Of a stretch of DNA of 64,000 nt, positions 63,401 through 64,000 are shown piece after piece (position 1 is the first letter of the stretch; each line of letters starts with the position of its first letter). Where the stretch lies: assembly GCA_043228905.1 (NCBI GenBank), contig JBHGNT010000002.1, positions 11,718,001 through 11,782,000 of the forward strand, given 5' to 3'. A program made the translations under genes and the position numbers. The notes beneath the pieces are model-generated. The model worked only from the letters and a program-made list of their open reading frames with translations, did no database searches and was not told where the DNA came from. This DNA is from Azolla caroliniana (lineage: Eukaryota; Plantae; Polypodiophyta).

Positions 63401-64000
63401 TTTAATAGCCGAAGCGAGTCATCGAGCCCGTATTTCTTCCGGAATGTCCCTCATCACCATGTCAGCCCGATAGGCCTCCAAATAACTCGTGGCGTTCTTT
63501 CCATTGAACTGGCCTATCATGTCGACAATCACTTCGATGGCCCTGTCGAGGGCGCCTGTGCCCTCGTGAGCACTTACTATCTTATCAACCGTTGCCGCCA
63601 TGGATTCGGCGAGCTCCGATACCCTCATCTTCAACTCCTCTGCCGCATTGTTTCACGTCAGGTTCACCAAATTAATGTCGTGTTGTTACGCTCTCACGTA
63701 TGAAATAAGGCGGGACCATAGAGGCCCTAAACCGAGGAGTGTGAGAGAGAAGAGGAAGAGAGATTCGCAGAAACGCAAAGAGACAGAAACAAAAGAATCA
63801 ATTCCAATAACAATATAGATTACAGAGCTTGCAATGTTACAAACGGCAAGCCAGTGACAAACGAACACACGCGTTGAAATACGCAGTGGAGCCTCTACCG
63901 GAAGCACACGGGCTTTCACGCAACAAAGGCAACCAACCGAAACCAAATCCCTACAGAAGCAACAGCGATAGTGGAGGAGAGAGCTCGGTTCCCAGTCCGA
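57485..64000 (-). mobile_element. Element J: pol-bearing gypsy with tRNA-Trp PBS, decayed; its 5' LTR runs off the window
   Basis: 3' LTR 57485-58099; 5' LTR from 63676. PBS 63652-63669; PPT 58100-58110. Gag-PR 61726-63634 (CMWCDSVGHIWKEC; LIDHGSEINL), RT 60099-61637 (PFLDDIPIKG), RNase H about 59550-60000, INT 58173-59330. No chromodomain seen. Confidence 0.93.

Noticed and set aside
1-64000. The window being organellar DNA
   Set aside because: Organelle sequence totals under 2 kb, is truncated and sits inside an LTR. The rest is nested retroelements showing methylation-type decay.

Overview
This window is plant nuclear heterochromatin, most likely from a fern or another seed-free plant (inferred from organelle fragments). 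It contains no host gene. It is a nest of LTR retrotransposons up to six layers deep, resolved by paired LTRs, primer-binding sites (PBS), polypurine tracts (PPT) and target-site duplications (TSD). The elements are two Ty1/copia families with iMet PBS and 5-bp TSDs, Tcn1-like chromoviruses, an old degraded gypsy, and a tRNA-Trp-primed gypsy lineage. One LTR is split by a chimeric organelle-DNA patch: a mitochondrial group II intron end and rps14 exon fused to plastid rbcL-trnR-accD. Four signals stand out. (1) All four insertions of the TGTCG...CGACA group sit on a 4-bp target with a central CpG. (2) Gag-only non-autonomous elements share PBS, PPT and Gag with a pol-bearing relative in the same window. 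(3) tRNA-type A/B boxes at tRNA spacing lie antisense inside the LTRs of four different gypsy LTR families. (4) Two chromoviruses show covarying self-priming sequences. All boundaries were read by eye and may be off by a few bases; no database searches were run.
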